64,000 bases of DNA, taken from Salisapilia sapeloensis CBS 127946. Taxonomy: Eukaryota; Protista; Oomycota. The notes below the pieces were generated by a model. That model ran no database searches and had not been told where the DNA came from. It saw only the letters and a program-made list of their open reading frames with translations. Made by a program: the position numbers and the translations under genes. Positions 1 to 11,808 of the stretch are shown piece after piece. Position 1 is the first letter of the stretch, and every line of letters starts with the position of its first letter. Location of the stretch: NCBI GenBank assembly GCA_023334545.1, contig JAADVB010000022.1:1-64000 (forward strand). The letters are read 5' to 3'.

Positions 1-1
1 A

Positions 2-559
2 CAGAGTGGAGGGCAGGCGATTGCTGAAACCTTGTTCGGAGCGTCCAATCCGTCTGGTCGACTCACTCAGACGTTCTACGACCAGCACTTTGCCGATATC
101 TGTTCGTTGTACGACTATAGCATGCGTCCAGACCCTGTTACTGGCAACCCAGGCCGTACCTACCGCTTTTACTCTGGGCAGCCCGTGTATGCGTTCGGCC
201 ACGGCCTATCCTACACGTCCTTTGATTACAAATGGAAGGAAATGGAGGGAGACTGTGTTGCCAGCTTTGCTGTTAAGGTTCAGAACACTGGCGAGAAAGA
301 GGGTGAAGATGTCTTGTTAGTGTACGCGGAGCCTCCGGAGGCTGGCAAGAACGGAAAGCCTTACAAGAGTCTCGTGGCCTATGAACGACTGGCGATGATG
401 CAACCTAATGAATCCAAGGAAGTAAGCTTCTGCTTGGATGAAAGCGCGTTTAAATTGGCTACTGAGGATGGAGAGTTCAAGATGGAAAGAGGTGTGTGGA
501 CGATTCGAGTGGGCGATTTGGCGAAAGAAGTGAACATTGACGGAAGTGTGGTCGCGTAA
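2..559 (+). CDS. Glycoside hydrolase family 3 (beta-xylosidase/beta-glucosidase), C-terminal part; 5' end lies outside the window
   Basis: Open frame from base 2 reads QSGGQAIAETLFGASNPSGRLTQTFY, then GRTYRFYSGQPVYAFGHGLSYTSFDY (GH3 C-terminal signatures), then an Fn3-like tail (VKVQNTGEKEGEDVLLVY...KSLVAYER). Confidence 0.9.
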   Translation, partial: QSGGQAIAETLFGASNPSGRLTQTFYDQHFADICSLYDYSMRPDPVTGNPGRTYRFYSGQPVYAFGHGLSYTSFDYKWKEMEGDCVASFAVKVQNTGEKEGEDVLLVYAEPPEAGKNGKPYKSLVAYERLAMMQPNESKEVSFCLDESAFKLATEDGEFKMERGVWTIRVGDLAKEVNIDGSVVA

Positions 560-896
560 GTGGCAATGCAGAAGAGATTGAGGGTGACCAAGATGCTATC
601 AAGTTTTGATTAGTGGCAAATGCAGTGCAGAGATTCCCTGGACGAATGTTTTTTTGGCGTTTATCCTATACTATTTGCTTCGTAGGTTGATTATAGCTTT
701 TTAGCTACGTGTCAGTAAACACAGGATATACACCTGTAGATAATGACAATAATAAGTCGTGGCAAGGAATCGCCACATTCGCTACCAAGCCATAGCTGCC
801 AGTTAAGCGTAACTCTAGTGTGCCCGTGTGTGTTCATTAAGCAAACATTATTATATTTTACATCCTAGCAAGCAACTAGTCTACCTATCATCTGCC

Positions 897-1802
897 ATGG
901 CGGAAGAAGAGAGTTTTACACCATCGGAGCCATTGGCGCTGGAGGAAAGCTTCACCCATTGGGCTCGGTACGTTGAAGTGCCGTTCGCCTGTACTTCCAA
1001 CGATGCCATTAAAGAGTCAACGAAGGAGCTTGCTGAGCAAGAAGAAAGGTGGATTGCCGTCGTACAAGATCCAGACTCATTCGTACTGGGCAACACTGTC
1101 TGGGACAGCAGCAAGACGCTGCTTAAATTTATCGAGCAAAGGCCAGCGCTCTTTCGCAAATTCTCTTCTATATGTGAGCTTGGGGCTGGGTGTGGCGGAC
1201 TGGCAGGTATTGCTGCTGCAATTATCACGAACGGTCTGTCGGACATTCGGCTCACGGACATCGGGCCAGTGTTACCGTGGCTTCGACGGAATTTGCGTCA
1301 AAACCTGACGGATAAAGAGATGCAGCAAGTACGTTGCCAGCAGTACGCATGGGGTACACCAGTCGAGGACCTAAATGCTCCTTTTGACTGCATCCTAGTT
1401 GCCGATTGTGTCTATGAAAAGGGAAGTGTTCATCCTTTGATGCAGTCTCTCTTGGCTATGTGCCATCGTCGATCCGTCATCTACTTAGCAAATGAACGCA
1501 GAGCACAGGAAGTGCATGAAGAGTTTCACAAGTATCTTGACAAGTACTTTTCATACAAGGAGATTGATCATGCCGAATTAGATCAAGGGTATATCAAAGA
1601 CGCGATTGAAGTCTTTGAGATGCGTCCAAAGAGACGAAAGATTCCAGAGGAAATGAAGATCGTATCGCAATCCACGGACGACATCGAGTACCATCCTCTC
1701 GTACGCATCGGGTCGGACCAGGACATTCAATCAGGAGAACATGATTCCACAAGCAAGGCTGATCCATTCGATCGAGATCTATGGGACGACTTACTCTCGT
1801 AA
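897..1802 (+). CDS. Family-16 (METTL21-like) SAM-dependent protein lysine methyltransferase
   Basis: GNTVWDSS, motif I CELGAGCGG, TDIGPVL and DCILVADCVY. The likely start is the ATG at 897 (MAEEES). Confidence 0.82.
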   Translation: MAEEESFTPSEPLALEESFTHWARYVEVPFACTSNDAIKESTKELAEQEERWIAVVQDPDSFVLGNTVWDSSKTLLKFIEQRPALFRKFSSICELGAGCGGLAGIAAAIITNGLSDIRLTDIGPVLPWLRRNLRQNLTDKEMQQVRCQQYAWGTPVEDLNAPFDCILVADCVYEKGSVHPLMQSLLAMCHRRSVIYLANERRAQEVHEEFHKYLDKYFSYKEIDHAELDQGYIKDAIEVFEMRPKRRKIPEEMKIVSQSTDDIEYHPLVRIGSDQDIQSGEHDSTSKADPFDRDLWDDLLS

Positions 1803-1886
1803 ACAAGATCAAGAATTTGCATTTCATTAGATCTGAGGAAAAAAGCTAAATTTCATTTAAAGCTTTGGATAAAATTGACCGAAGAC

Positions 1887-3935
1887 TTATTCCCACGTCA
1901 ACGTACGGATGCCGTTCGCAGGCACAGTCGCCTGCAGCACCGCATCGCCGTAGCTCAGTTCGAATTCCGTCGGCACCGTGTTTTCGTTCATGATCACAAC
2001 CACCTTCTTGTTCTCGGGCGTCACGAAAGCAGTCGATTGCACGAAGGAGTAACCGGCAGTCACACACTTGTCCGGCGTGGCACGCGAACGCAACGTGCCG
2101 TCAGTGAGGTCCCATTGCGCGTAGGCAGCGTCCGCTGGCACGTCCGCGCAAGGCTCCACCATGATGCGAGCGCCATCGGCTTGCGAGCCGTGGTTAAGCG
2201 TGAGGCACACATCGTCCATCGAGATACGACCCGTTTCCGGGTTAAAGTCCCACTGCTGCTGCGTGTACTGGCACTCGACGACCTCAACGTGCGGACCGAC
2301 CCACGGACGCGGGATTTTGTCGATACAGTTGCCCGTGCCGTTGATCTGGATCTTCTTGTCTTCCGTGATCTCAAAGAACTGACGAGCACTAAAGTCGCAT
2401 GCGTGATTCTCGGACGGGTAGCGGACGTACAGCTTGGCGTCACCAGGTTCCTTGAACTTGGCTTGGACGTCAACGTCAATGCGCTTGGATCCAGGCGGGA
2501 CGAAGTGCGAGAAGTGCTGGATAAAGTAGTACATGGGCTGGAGGAAGTAGTCCTGGTCAGACTCATCGACGATAATCGGCGAGTCGCACTGGTTGCCCTT
2601 GTGGTTCGGTCCACCCTTGTGGTCGAGCATGAGGTTCCAGTCGACCCACGCGTTCACCCAATTGTTAAAGTCAGCCATGATGTCGTGGGCGTAGCGCTGG
2701 CCACGGAACCACGCAAGATCACCTGTCGCGACGTCCGGGCAGTTGCAGTTCTCAGATGCGATCATGAACTTGTCTGGGTTGACGTAGTGCGTGTCGTTCA
2801 GACGCTCGTGGTACTCGACACCGTCCATCTCACGCGTGTCAAAGTACCAGTGGAAGGCCATGCCGTCGACATACTGCGTCGCGTCGTGGTCGTACATAGT
2901 CTCGGCCCACTGCAACACGCTGCCACGGTTGTGGTCGAACGCCATGATCTTGACTTCCGGGTGGTCACGACGCATGACCGGACCGAGGAACTGGTTCACG
3001 AAGACGGCTTGGTACATGGCGTCCTGTCCACAGGCTTCCCATGGCGCGCTGAACTCGGGTTCGTTCTGCGGCGTGAGGCCCCAGAAGGAAATGTTGTGCT
3101 CCTTGTAGGCCGACACGAACTTGGAGAAGTAGAGAGCCCACGCGTCGCGCTTGTCGTCCAAGAGACCAATGGGGAGCGCAGAGCCGTTCATGCTCTGCGT
3201 GTAGTTGTTCTTCGGGTCCGGGCGCTTCATCCAGGCAGGGGGACTCCACGGAGAGAGGAAGAGACGAATGTCCGGGTTCTCCTTGAGCGCTTTCTGGACG
3301 AATGGGATAATGGTCTCCTTGTCGTGGGACACTTCGTTGTCAAAGTGCTCGAGATAGATGTCGTCCGTGATGTTGTCGTGCGTGTACGAGTACGGAGAAA
3401 AGTCCGTGGAACCCATGGGCACGCGACCGAACGTGTATGCCGATCCGTTCTTGGAGAAGTACAAGTCGATGATTTCTTGCTGCTTCTCGGCCGAGAGCTT
3501 GCTAAATTGAAGAGCAGCCGACTCGGTGAAGGCACCGCCAAAGCCAAAGATCTCCTGGTACACCTTGGAGTCGTCCACACGGACGAAGGACGCTGTCGGG
3601 TCGTCATCCGGCTTGGGAGCAGTGTCCGTCACTTTCCATTCGAGGTCCGGTTGCTGCTCCATGAGCTGAGGCATTTGGCCGTCATTGTAGGCACTCTGCC
3701 AGCTCTGGATCTTGGCGGTCTTCACAGACGCAGGGATACCGACGCTCGCAGGCACGACGTCGACGACGGAGGATCCGACAAAGTAGTAGACGCCGACGCT
3801 GATGGCGGCAATGACAATGAGCGCTGTGGTTCCCCACGTCGCGTACCTCCATCGTCGCTGCTTTGCTTGTTCTTCGGCGGAGAGCTTCGGGTCACTCGCC
3901 AGGGAACTCGTGCCATATCGCGTATTGTCCGACAT
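1887..3935 (-). CDS. GH30 (glucosylceramidase-like / beta-glucanase) with an N-terminal membrane anchor and an inserted ricin-B (CBM13-like) lectin domain
   Basis: YQEIFGFGGAFTESAA, GRVPMGSTDFS, SPWSPPAWMK, acid/base TPQNEP, nucleophile region MIASENC, WVDWNLMLD. QxW repeats (QQQWDF, AYAQWDL) lie near the C-terminus and a hydrophobic helix at about aa 30-52. Confidence 0.9.
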   Translation of the reverse strand: MSDNTRYGTSSLASDPKLSAEEQAKQRRWRYATWGTTALIVIAAISVGVYYFVGSSVVDVVPASVGIPASVKTAKIQSWQSAYNDGQMPQLMEQQPDLEWKVTDTAPKPDDDPTASFVRVDDSKVYQEIFGFGGAFTESAALQFSKLSAEKQQEIIDLYFSKNGSAYTFGRVPMGSTDFSPYSYTHDNITDDIYLEHFDNEVSHDKETIIPFVQKALKENPDIRLFLSPWSPPAWMKRPDPKNNYTQSMNGSALPIGLLDDKRDAWALYFSKFVSAYKEHNISFWGLTPQNEPEFSAPWEACGQDAMYQAVFVNQFLGPVMRRDHPEVKIMAFDHNRGSVLQWAETMYDHDATQYVDGMAFHWYFDTREMDGVEYHERLNDTHYVNPDKFMIASENCNCPDVATGDLAWFRGQRYAHDIMADFNNWVNAWVDWNLMLDHKGGPNHKGNQCDSPIIVDESDQDYFLQPMYYFIQHFSHFVPPGSKRIDVDVQAKFKEPGDAKLYVRYPSENHACDFSARQFFEITEDKKIQINGTGNCIDKIPRPWVGPHVEVVECQYTQQQWDFNPETGRISMDDVCLTLNHGSQADGARIMVEPCADVPADAAYAQWDLTDGTLRSRATPDKCVTAGYSFVQSTAFVTPENKKVVVIMNENTVPTEFELSYGDAVLQATVPANGIRTLTWE

Positions 3936-4385
3936 GGCTGTGCGTCTTGTGCGGCAGAATAGGAAATGAAGATTCCCTCGGATCTTGGAAGTTAGTCGAA
4001 CTTTGGTGGATAAAGCAATCTTAGACCGTTGTTCATCTCTCTCGTGCGGTATCTCTCCTTTTTTACATGGAAGAGACGACGGAGGAGGTCTTCGTTTGAA
4101 TGCATTAGAATAGTAACATAGACGTCATGATGGACAAGATGATATTGATACTATTTAGGTAAGCTCATGATGAAATGAGAGGGATGGAAATTTTACGAGG
4201 GATCTTCTACATGATCATCGCCTGAGTTTGACATCTGATGGCTAGGAAAGATTCAAAAGGAGTATGACAAGCAACGCATCATCATTGATATCTTCAATGG
4301 ACAGATGGAGCAACAAGTACCGGAATGAGATAAGCGAATGCATTTTATTGCCATGTGAAAAGAAATACTTTGAGAGAAATGAAGC

Positions 4386-5804
<1,419 letters not shown>

Positions 5805-6308
5805 CTACTCGAACCTGAAGAAGTCGAAAGTGTTTGAAGGAGGAAGCGCTAATTCGCAAATGGCAACGGTTAAGGCCTGAACGGATGCTTGGGAAAGAGT
5901 CGCGTCAGGCATGAAACGACTGGAAGGTTATGTCGTCCTTGTAATTTTCATAGACCAAAATAGGTTTGACTGTAGACTAATGTCTAAATAGGCTATTCAT
6001 GAAAGCGTGGGCTTCTTCGTCTGTAAACTACCGTCGACCGTTTTGCTGTACTCTTGAAAAAGAGATCCTACTAATCTGGAAATAGCTCTTCGTGCTTAAC
6101 ATGGTAAAAAGCAATAAAGTATCTGATTTAGCCATGACTAAAGTTGGAAGTTATTGACATGAGATAAGAATGCATTGCGTATGTGCCAAGAGTGTAAATG
6201 AAGCACGTGAGATGATGCTTCTGGCTACCATGATGCGTCGCACTTAAGATTGAAACGTCTTCCATCCTTTTGTACTTCGGCAACCCTTCAAGATCTCATC
6301 CGCCTTTC

Positions 6309-6333
6309 CTGATTGGTCCATTTACAACCAATC
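6309..6333. promoter_or_regulatory. Paired, oppositely oriented CCAAT boxes upstream of CDK7
   Basis: CTGATTGGTC at 6309-6318 and ACCAATC at 6327-6333, 50-75 bp upstream of the ATG. Similar GATTGG elements occur in other divergent intergenic gaps (about 9427, 38307, 57551). Confidence 0.45.
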
Positions 6334-6382
6334 TAAATCGACGATCTGGACATTAATTTAGCAAAGAAAAAGAGAATCCAAA

Positions 6383-7306
6383 ATGGAGCGCTATGAAGTT
6401 GGTAAAGTGCTAGGTGAAGGTACATTCGGTATCGTTTACGCCGCAACGCAACGCCGAACTGGTCGGCACGTAGCCATTAAGTCCTTTAAGCGTGGAAAAT
6501 TTAAAGATGGCGTCAATTTTACAGCTTTACGAGAAGTAAAGCTCCAGACAGAGCTTCAGCACCCGAATGTAGTTGCTTTACTCGATGTTTTCGTAGCAAA
6601 CGATACTGTCAATGTCGTTTTTGAGCTACTACCGACCAGTCTGGACAACGTAATCAAAGACAAATCTGTCATCTTATCCCAGGGTGACATCAAGACCTAC
6701 ATGCAGATGCTCTTTAAAGGACTTGCCTACTGCCACTCCCATTTCGTACTCCATCGAGATTTAAAACCGGAGAACTTGCTCATTGGTGAAGACGGACAAG
6801 TGAAATTAGGTGATTTCGGTCTTGCACGGATCTACGGTAGTCCGAATAGAAACATGACATCGATGGTTTGCACGATATGGTATCGTCCACCGGAGCTTTT
6901 GTTCGGTGCAAAAGAGTACTCTGGTGCAGTCGACATGTGGGGAGCAGGCTGCATCTTTGCTGAACTCATGCTCCGAACGCCGTTTTTGACAGGCATGAAT
7001 GAGACCGATCAACTTGGAAAGATCTTCCATGCGCTTGGCACACCGACGGAATCTCAATGGCCATCCATGGGAACTTTGCCCAACTACATTGAGTTCACCC
7101 CGAACGCACCACCTCCATTGACACAAGTATTCTCAGCCGCACCGGAAGATGCTTTAGATTTACTTGGAAAGCTGATGCAGCATAACCCGAAAGAGCGTCT
7201 GACAGCAGAACAGGCGCTCGAACATCCATACTTTACGTCTGAGCCACTTCCGACACCGGTGGAGGACCTTCCATCTAGTCAAAAAATCATCAAGACAGAC
7301 TCGTAG
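6383..7306 (+). CDS. CDK7: Cyclin-dependent kinase 7 / CDKD-type CDK-activating kinase
   Basis: GEGTFG P-loop, NFTALRE cyclin-binding helix (CDK7/CDKD type), HRDLKPEN, DFGLAR and WYRPPELLFGA. Confidence 0.9.
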   Translation: MERYEVGKVLGEGTFGIVYAATQRRTGRHVAIKSFKRGKFKDGVNFTALREVKLQTELQHPNVVALLDVFVANDTVNVVFELLPTSLDNVIKDKSVILSQGDIKTYMQMLFKGLAYCHSHFVLHRDLKPENLLIGEDGQVKLGDFGLARIYGSPNRNMTSMVCTIWYRPPELLFGAKEYSGAVDMWGAGCIFAELMLRTPFLTGMNETDQLGKIFHALGTPTESQWPSMGTLPNYIEFTPNAPPPLTQVFSAAPEDALDLLGKLMQHNPKERLTAEQALEHPYFTSEPLPTPVEDLPSSQKIIKTDS

Positions 7307-7710
7307 CATTCTTATCTCTTTTGTTAATGAAGTCAAAGCGCAGATTAGAATAAAAAACGTGTTTCATTTGGTTATTCAGTGGTATTGGCACCGATCTGAG
7401 GAGGCGATGGGTGTCTAAATATAGTGCTTGTGCACATATAAGTTTTCGAAGTTGCTACGCCATTGCTTCCTTCGTAACCTCGTCCTCTGCGTCTGACGGA
7501 GCCAAGTCCAAAGGCTCACTTCGAATTATCGACCTGCACATACAGTGCTAGAGATTTTCATCGCTTGAACGAGTTGCTTCCGAAGCTTACGTCTGATTAT
7601 CAGGTGAATTGCTACGACGCTGATCACGCGTCACCAAATTTGCAGAAGCAGTTCAGAGTTACAAGATTCCGCTTCCTTCCATACACCGTAGAGTGCCGAC
7701 AGCTGCGTCC

Positions 7711-8352
7711 ATGGATGAGAGGGTCGGTATCCCGCGCAACCCACCGGTTAAACCGAAACGAGGAGGAGCGAACATGCATAGTCTTCCAAACGACATGGAT
7801 GACATGTATGCCGAGTCAGAATATAGCTCAGCGCCGTCGCCACCACAGCGACGTGGACGGAATCACTCGATGCGGCAAATAGACTCGCCACCGTCCTCTC
7901 CAAAATACCAGTCCGGTCTACCAGCCAATGTTCGCAATGGGAAAGTGTCCATCGTCGACCAAGAGCCTGAGACGACGATCGGAGCCCATGTAAAGATGAA
8001 AGGCGAACTCAGCTTCGATCGACTTTTGCGCATAGAAGGAGAATTTGAAGGCCGGCTGAACTCGAAAGGGTCGCTTGTCATCGGACCGAAGGGCGTACTC
8101 ACCGGACCAGTGGAGAATATGAAGGAAGTGTACCTCGCTGGTGGCCGCATCGTCGGTAATATCGTTGTGGAACGCATAATACTTCGAGATAAAGCACAGA
8201 TCTTTGGAAATGTGACGGCCAAAAGCATCAAAGTTGATCCCGACTGTGTGGTTATCGGGCAGTTGAATGTGAACCCACAAGCGCCTGAAAAGATAAACGA
8301 AAGGGGTGAAATTGTGAAAGATGATACAGGGGGAGGTGAAGCGGCCGCATAG
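7711..8352 (+). CDS. Bactofilin (polymer-forming cytoskeletal domain) with a disordered N-terminal extension
   Basis: TTIGAHVKMKGELSFDRLLRIEGEFEGRL...LVIGPKGVLTG...GRIVGNIVVE...IFGNVTAKSIKVD...VIGQLNV matches the six-winding bactofilin beta-helix pattern. First ATG in frame is at 7711. Confidence 0.85.
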   Translation: MDERVGIPRNPPVKPKRGGANMHSLPNDMDDMYAESEYSSAPSPPQRRGRNHSMRQIDSPPSSPKYQSGLPANVRNGKVSIVDQEPETTIGAHVKMKGELSFDRLLRIEGEFEGRLNSKGSLVIGPKGVLTGPVENMKEVYLAGGRIVGNIVVERIILRDKAQIFGNVTAKSIKVDPDCVVIGQLNVNPQAPEKINERGEIVKDDTGGGEAAA

Positions 8353-8447
8353 ACTCGACCGCTTATAGATAGACAAAGAAAACAATTTCCTTTAAATTTG
8401 CAATGTAACGGATATGAAGCTTCCGATGGATAGAGTACCCATGGCGT

Positions 8448-9400
8448 TTAGAATCGATTCGGACGCTTGCGCCCCGTGAATTTGCTATCAGCCTTGACCT
8501 TCTTGCCCTGCTGTCGATACCGCTCCTTCTTCTGGCGCACCCAGTCTTTCGATTTGACCGAGTCGCGACCATTCGCTCTCCGTTGGTGCATCTTCTGCTT
8601 TCGCTTTTCGAACGCAACTTCCGAAGCCGAGTCACCTGTGCCTAACGCCTTTGGTATTTGCTGTGGCGCGTCGAATCCGGCAAAGAGACACAAGTAGTAC
8701 TTCTTAGCTTTGGCACTGTTCGGGTAGTCAATGACAAGTCCACCGGAGAAACCAGTTTTCATCGCACAAGATGAAATTTCCTCCATTTGTTCCGGAGTTT
8801 CTGGGTAGAGTTGGAGGACCGCTCGGCTGCCTCGCTTGAGGCAAGCGTATAGAGACGAGAAGAAACGTGTAAGGCGCTTACGAGCCGTGTGCTCCTTCTT
8901 GTCGGAGTAGCAAAGCCATTGGACAGCTGAAATACTGATGCAGCCATCGAACGTGCCTGGTCGAAACGGCAGACCACATCCCATGTCCTGGAGGAACACA
9001 TCTCCACTACTATCACGTTCCGATGCGATTTCGAGCATGCTTTCACTAATGTCGACGCCAACCCAGGCATGACCGGCTTCTTCCAATGCCACACCGCTCA
9101 GTCCGCTACCACAACCGACGTCTAAAATGAACTTCTCTTCACCTTCCGGAAGATTGAGCAATTCAATGGCTCGTAGAGACAATTCTTCCTACAATCTCGT
9201 GAATACCGCGGTAATGACTACTTACATAAAGAGACAATACCTGGACTTTGACGATTCGAGAGCTGGAATTGTACTTGGCAGCTTCTTTTTCATCGTAAAA
9301 GAACTATAAACATGAACTTTAGTAAGAACGCTATGGCTTAAGCAGTCTTATTCATTTCAAAGCTTACCTCAGGTGGAGATATGTGCTCGGGACGACTCAT
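8448..9400 (-). CDS. BUD23: 18S rRNA guanine-N7 methyltransferase BUD23/WBSCR22 (3 exons)
   Basis: Spliced N-terminus MSRPEHISPPE/FFYDEKEAAKYNSSSRIVKVQ/EELSLRAIELL via two GT-AG introns; LDVGCGSGLSG, SISAVQWL, GFSGGLVIDYPNSAKAKKYYL; C-terminal KFTGRKR. Confidence 0.95.
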
Positions 9401-9507
9401 ACTTGACTTGATCAGACCAATTTCTTGATTGGCGAGGAACAGGTAGTCGGTCGTACCTGTTATGTACCATAAAAGTACCCAGACTTTTAACAACTTCAAA
9501 CAGGAAA

Positions 9508-10454
9508 ATGAACGGATCGTGGTGTGACCTACTTCCTGAGCAGGAGACGCTGTGGAGAGTTTTATGGCTCTCTTTGGCTGCAGCTTCTATCCTTACTTTA
9601 AAGTCCGAGTGGATGCACTGTTTGATACTGCATGGTAAAGTGAAACGTAATGCCCCTGTCGATCATCTTCCATTCGCACGACTACTCCAGCTAGACGTAC
9701 CAAAAAGCTCTTGGAAGTGGTTCTATTTGACGGGGTCATTGGAGAACTGGACCATCATAGTCATCATGATGACCACTGACTGGAGAAATATTGCTGGATC
9801 TGCTCTGTCATTTGACTGTCCCAAGCTCAACTCTAATGACGCCGATGCGCTGCTATCTGCCAGCACCTCAACTACCATCACAATATTTCTATATGCATGC
9901 CACACGACTAGAAGACTTTTGGAGAGTTTTCTCATTACATCATTCGGTGACGCCAAGATGCATGCTGGCGGTATATGACTCTTTTGACATTTATAATCGA
10001 TGCGTACTGACGTAGCGCTCTAGCTTTCATCTTGGGTATCGTGCATTACACGAGCGTACCACTTGCCATATTAACGGACTCCAATGCTTCGAAAGAAGGG
10101 TCAGTTGGCATGTTGACATACATCGGCATGCTCCTATTTCTCTACGCATCGTATCATCAATATCGATGCAACACGTTGCTGGCGGCACAAAAAGTGCAAA
10201 GTGGCGGCAAGTACGTTGCTCCAAAAGGTGACTGGTTCCACCGTGTTCGATGTCCTCTGTATTCATCTGAAATTCTACTGTATATATCCATGAGCCTCAT
10301 GCTCACCAGTAATATTACCATGCATTTGATCATGCTATGGGTCCTCGCCAATCAGGTAGTGTGTGCGAAGTTCGGAAGTGCATGGTATGAACAAAAGTTT
10401 CGAGATAAGCTAGAGGAAATGCCAAAGTGGGTGCTTGTGCCTGGGCTGTGGTAA
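9508..10454 (+). CDS. SRD5A3: Polyprenol reductase / steroid 5-alpha-reductase family (SRD5A3/DFG10-like), one intron at about 9971-10023
   Basis: HGK motif, VPKSSWKWFY, HTTRRLLES, KMH, HQYRCNTLLA, PKGDWFHRVRCPLYSSEILLY and a C-terminal LVP. Confidence 0.8.
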
Positions 10455-10999
10455 AGCTTAAAGATAGCTATTAATTATGAAGCCTTTTCTTTCGATAACA
10501 CTGCACCATCATCGGTGCCAGCTTCACTATTTACAATACTTCAAAAGACACTTCACAGGACCACAACTGGTTAAAGATGGACCTGGCATCGCCAAACGAA
10601 AAGATACTTTAGACTATGATATGAAAGGCAATCGAATGCAAGAACTTGGAAAGTCAGAATGAGCTGTGAGAAGATAACACGTTTCAATCTTCATTTCATC
10701 CGTGCAAGCCTGTGTTGAACTAAACTTCGGAGTAATATGAATCATAGTAAAAAGCTCTTCCTCTGCGTTTATGAGTGTCTTTGCTATCTTTATTCGTCCT
10801 TGTAATGCCCATAGTTGCGGACTTCGCCCGCATTGCCTGTCATCGTAACACTTGGCTTTGTGTGATTTAATTTGTTCAGTTGTAAGCTTTTGGTTATCAT
10901 TACCATTGGTATCCTCTGGCGTGCTTAGATCAAATATGGCACTAGGATGTACAACGCCTTATCCGTTCGCTTCTTTATCCAAGTCAGTGACAGAATCTA

Positions 11000-11620
11000 A
11001 CTTACAATATGTCCAAACGGATCCAACGAGACGATATGGATGTAAATTAATTGGTGGTGTCTAATTGATGATAATCGAAGCCATGAGCACTATCATGCCG
11101 ACGTTGAATTACGTGATGCCAATCAGTCCTCAGCAGATATTCTCACCGCATTATTCAATCTTTTCGTATTCAAAATTATGCTCAACCCATCATGTGATCA
11201 CCAACGCATCACATCATACCGTTCAGCGTTTCTATTCGTGTCATGGTTTTCACTAGACTTCATGGGTCCTTGTTTTTGAGCCCGATGGTTGGGTTTCCAC
11301 GAGTGATTGACATCGCACTTATGTGCATAACATGTGCTTCGCGAAAAGTGACCCTACCAGCCGAACTGCCATTTAGTATTCAAGCACTTTCACATATTTG
11401 GGTGCGAAGCCTACATCTTTCTCCTGTGCACTGACCGATTTCCGTCGACCATGTCAAGAAGATACTTTTCGCCTACTTTCTCGACATGCTCGTCATTCAA
11501 TTGTGCATTAATACCAATGCGATAAAAGGTTATACAAGCTCACTATTGGGGATAATACATCTAGTACAGTTGATTCTTTCGGATAACAACGATAGGTATA
11601 TTTTAGGGATGAAAGACGCA
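11000..11620 (+). mobile_element. Highly degraded Ty1/copia retrotransposon remnant
   Basis: Motif remnants in copia order but in different frames: VQTDPTRRY (like RTDNGGEY, about 11010), MPISPQQ (like PYTPQQNG, about 11116-11136), KHFHIFGCEAYIF (like LRVFGCxAYV, 11382-11420) and YILGMK (RT, 11597-11614). Many stops and no LTR seen. Confidence 0.45.
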
Positions 11621-11808
11621 ATCAAGATCCTTCTAGTAAAAAACATACCCTAATGTGTCAAATTGCGTGCAAAAACTCTCTTGTTATGGCAATATCTTGC
11701 ATACAAAAACGCAGTGGTTTGCAATCGCCACCAACAAGACCACTACAGGTTTGCAACAGGTGGAGCGGCAGCTAGGCATTCATCTTCCCTTTTCAACGCC
11801 TGAACACG

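Noticed and set aside
1875-3962. 695-aa + strand ORF
   Set aside because: Exact antisense shadow of the GC3-rich GH30 gene, with no recognisable motifs.
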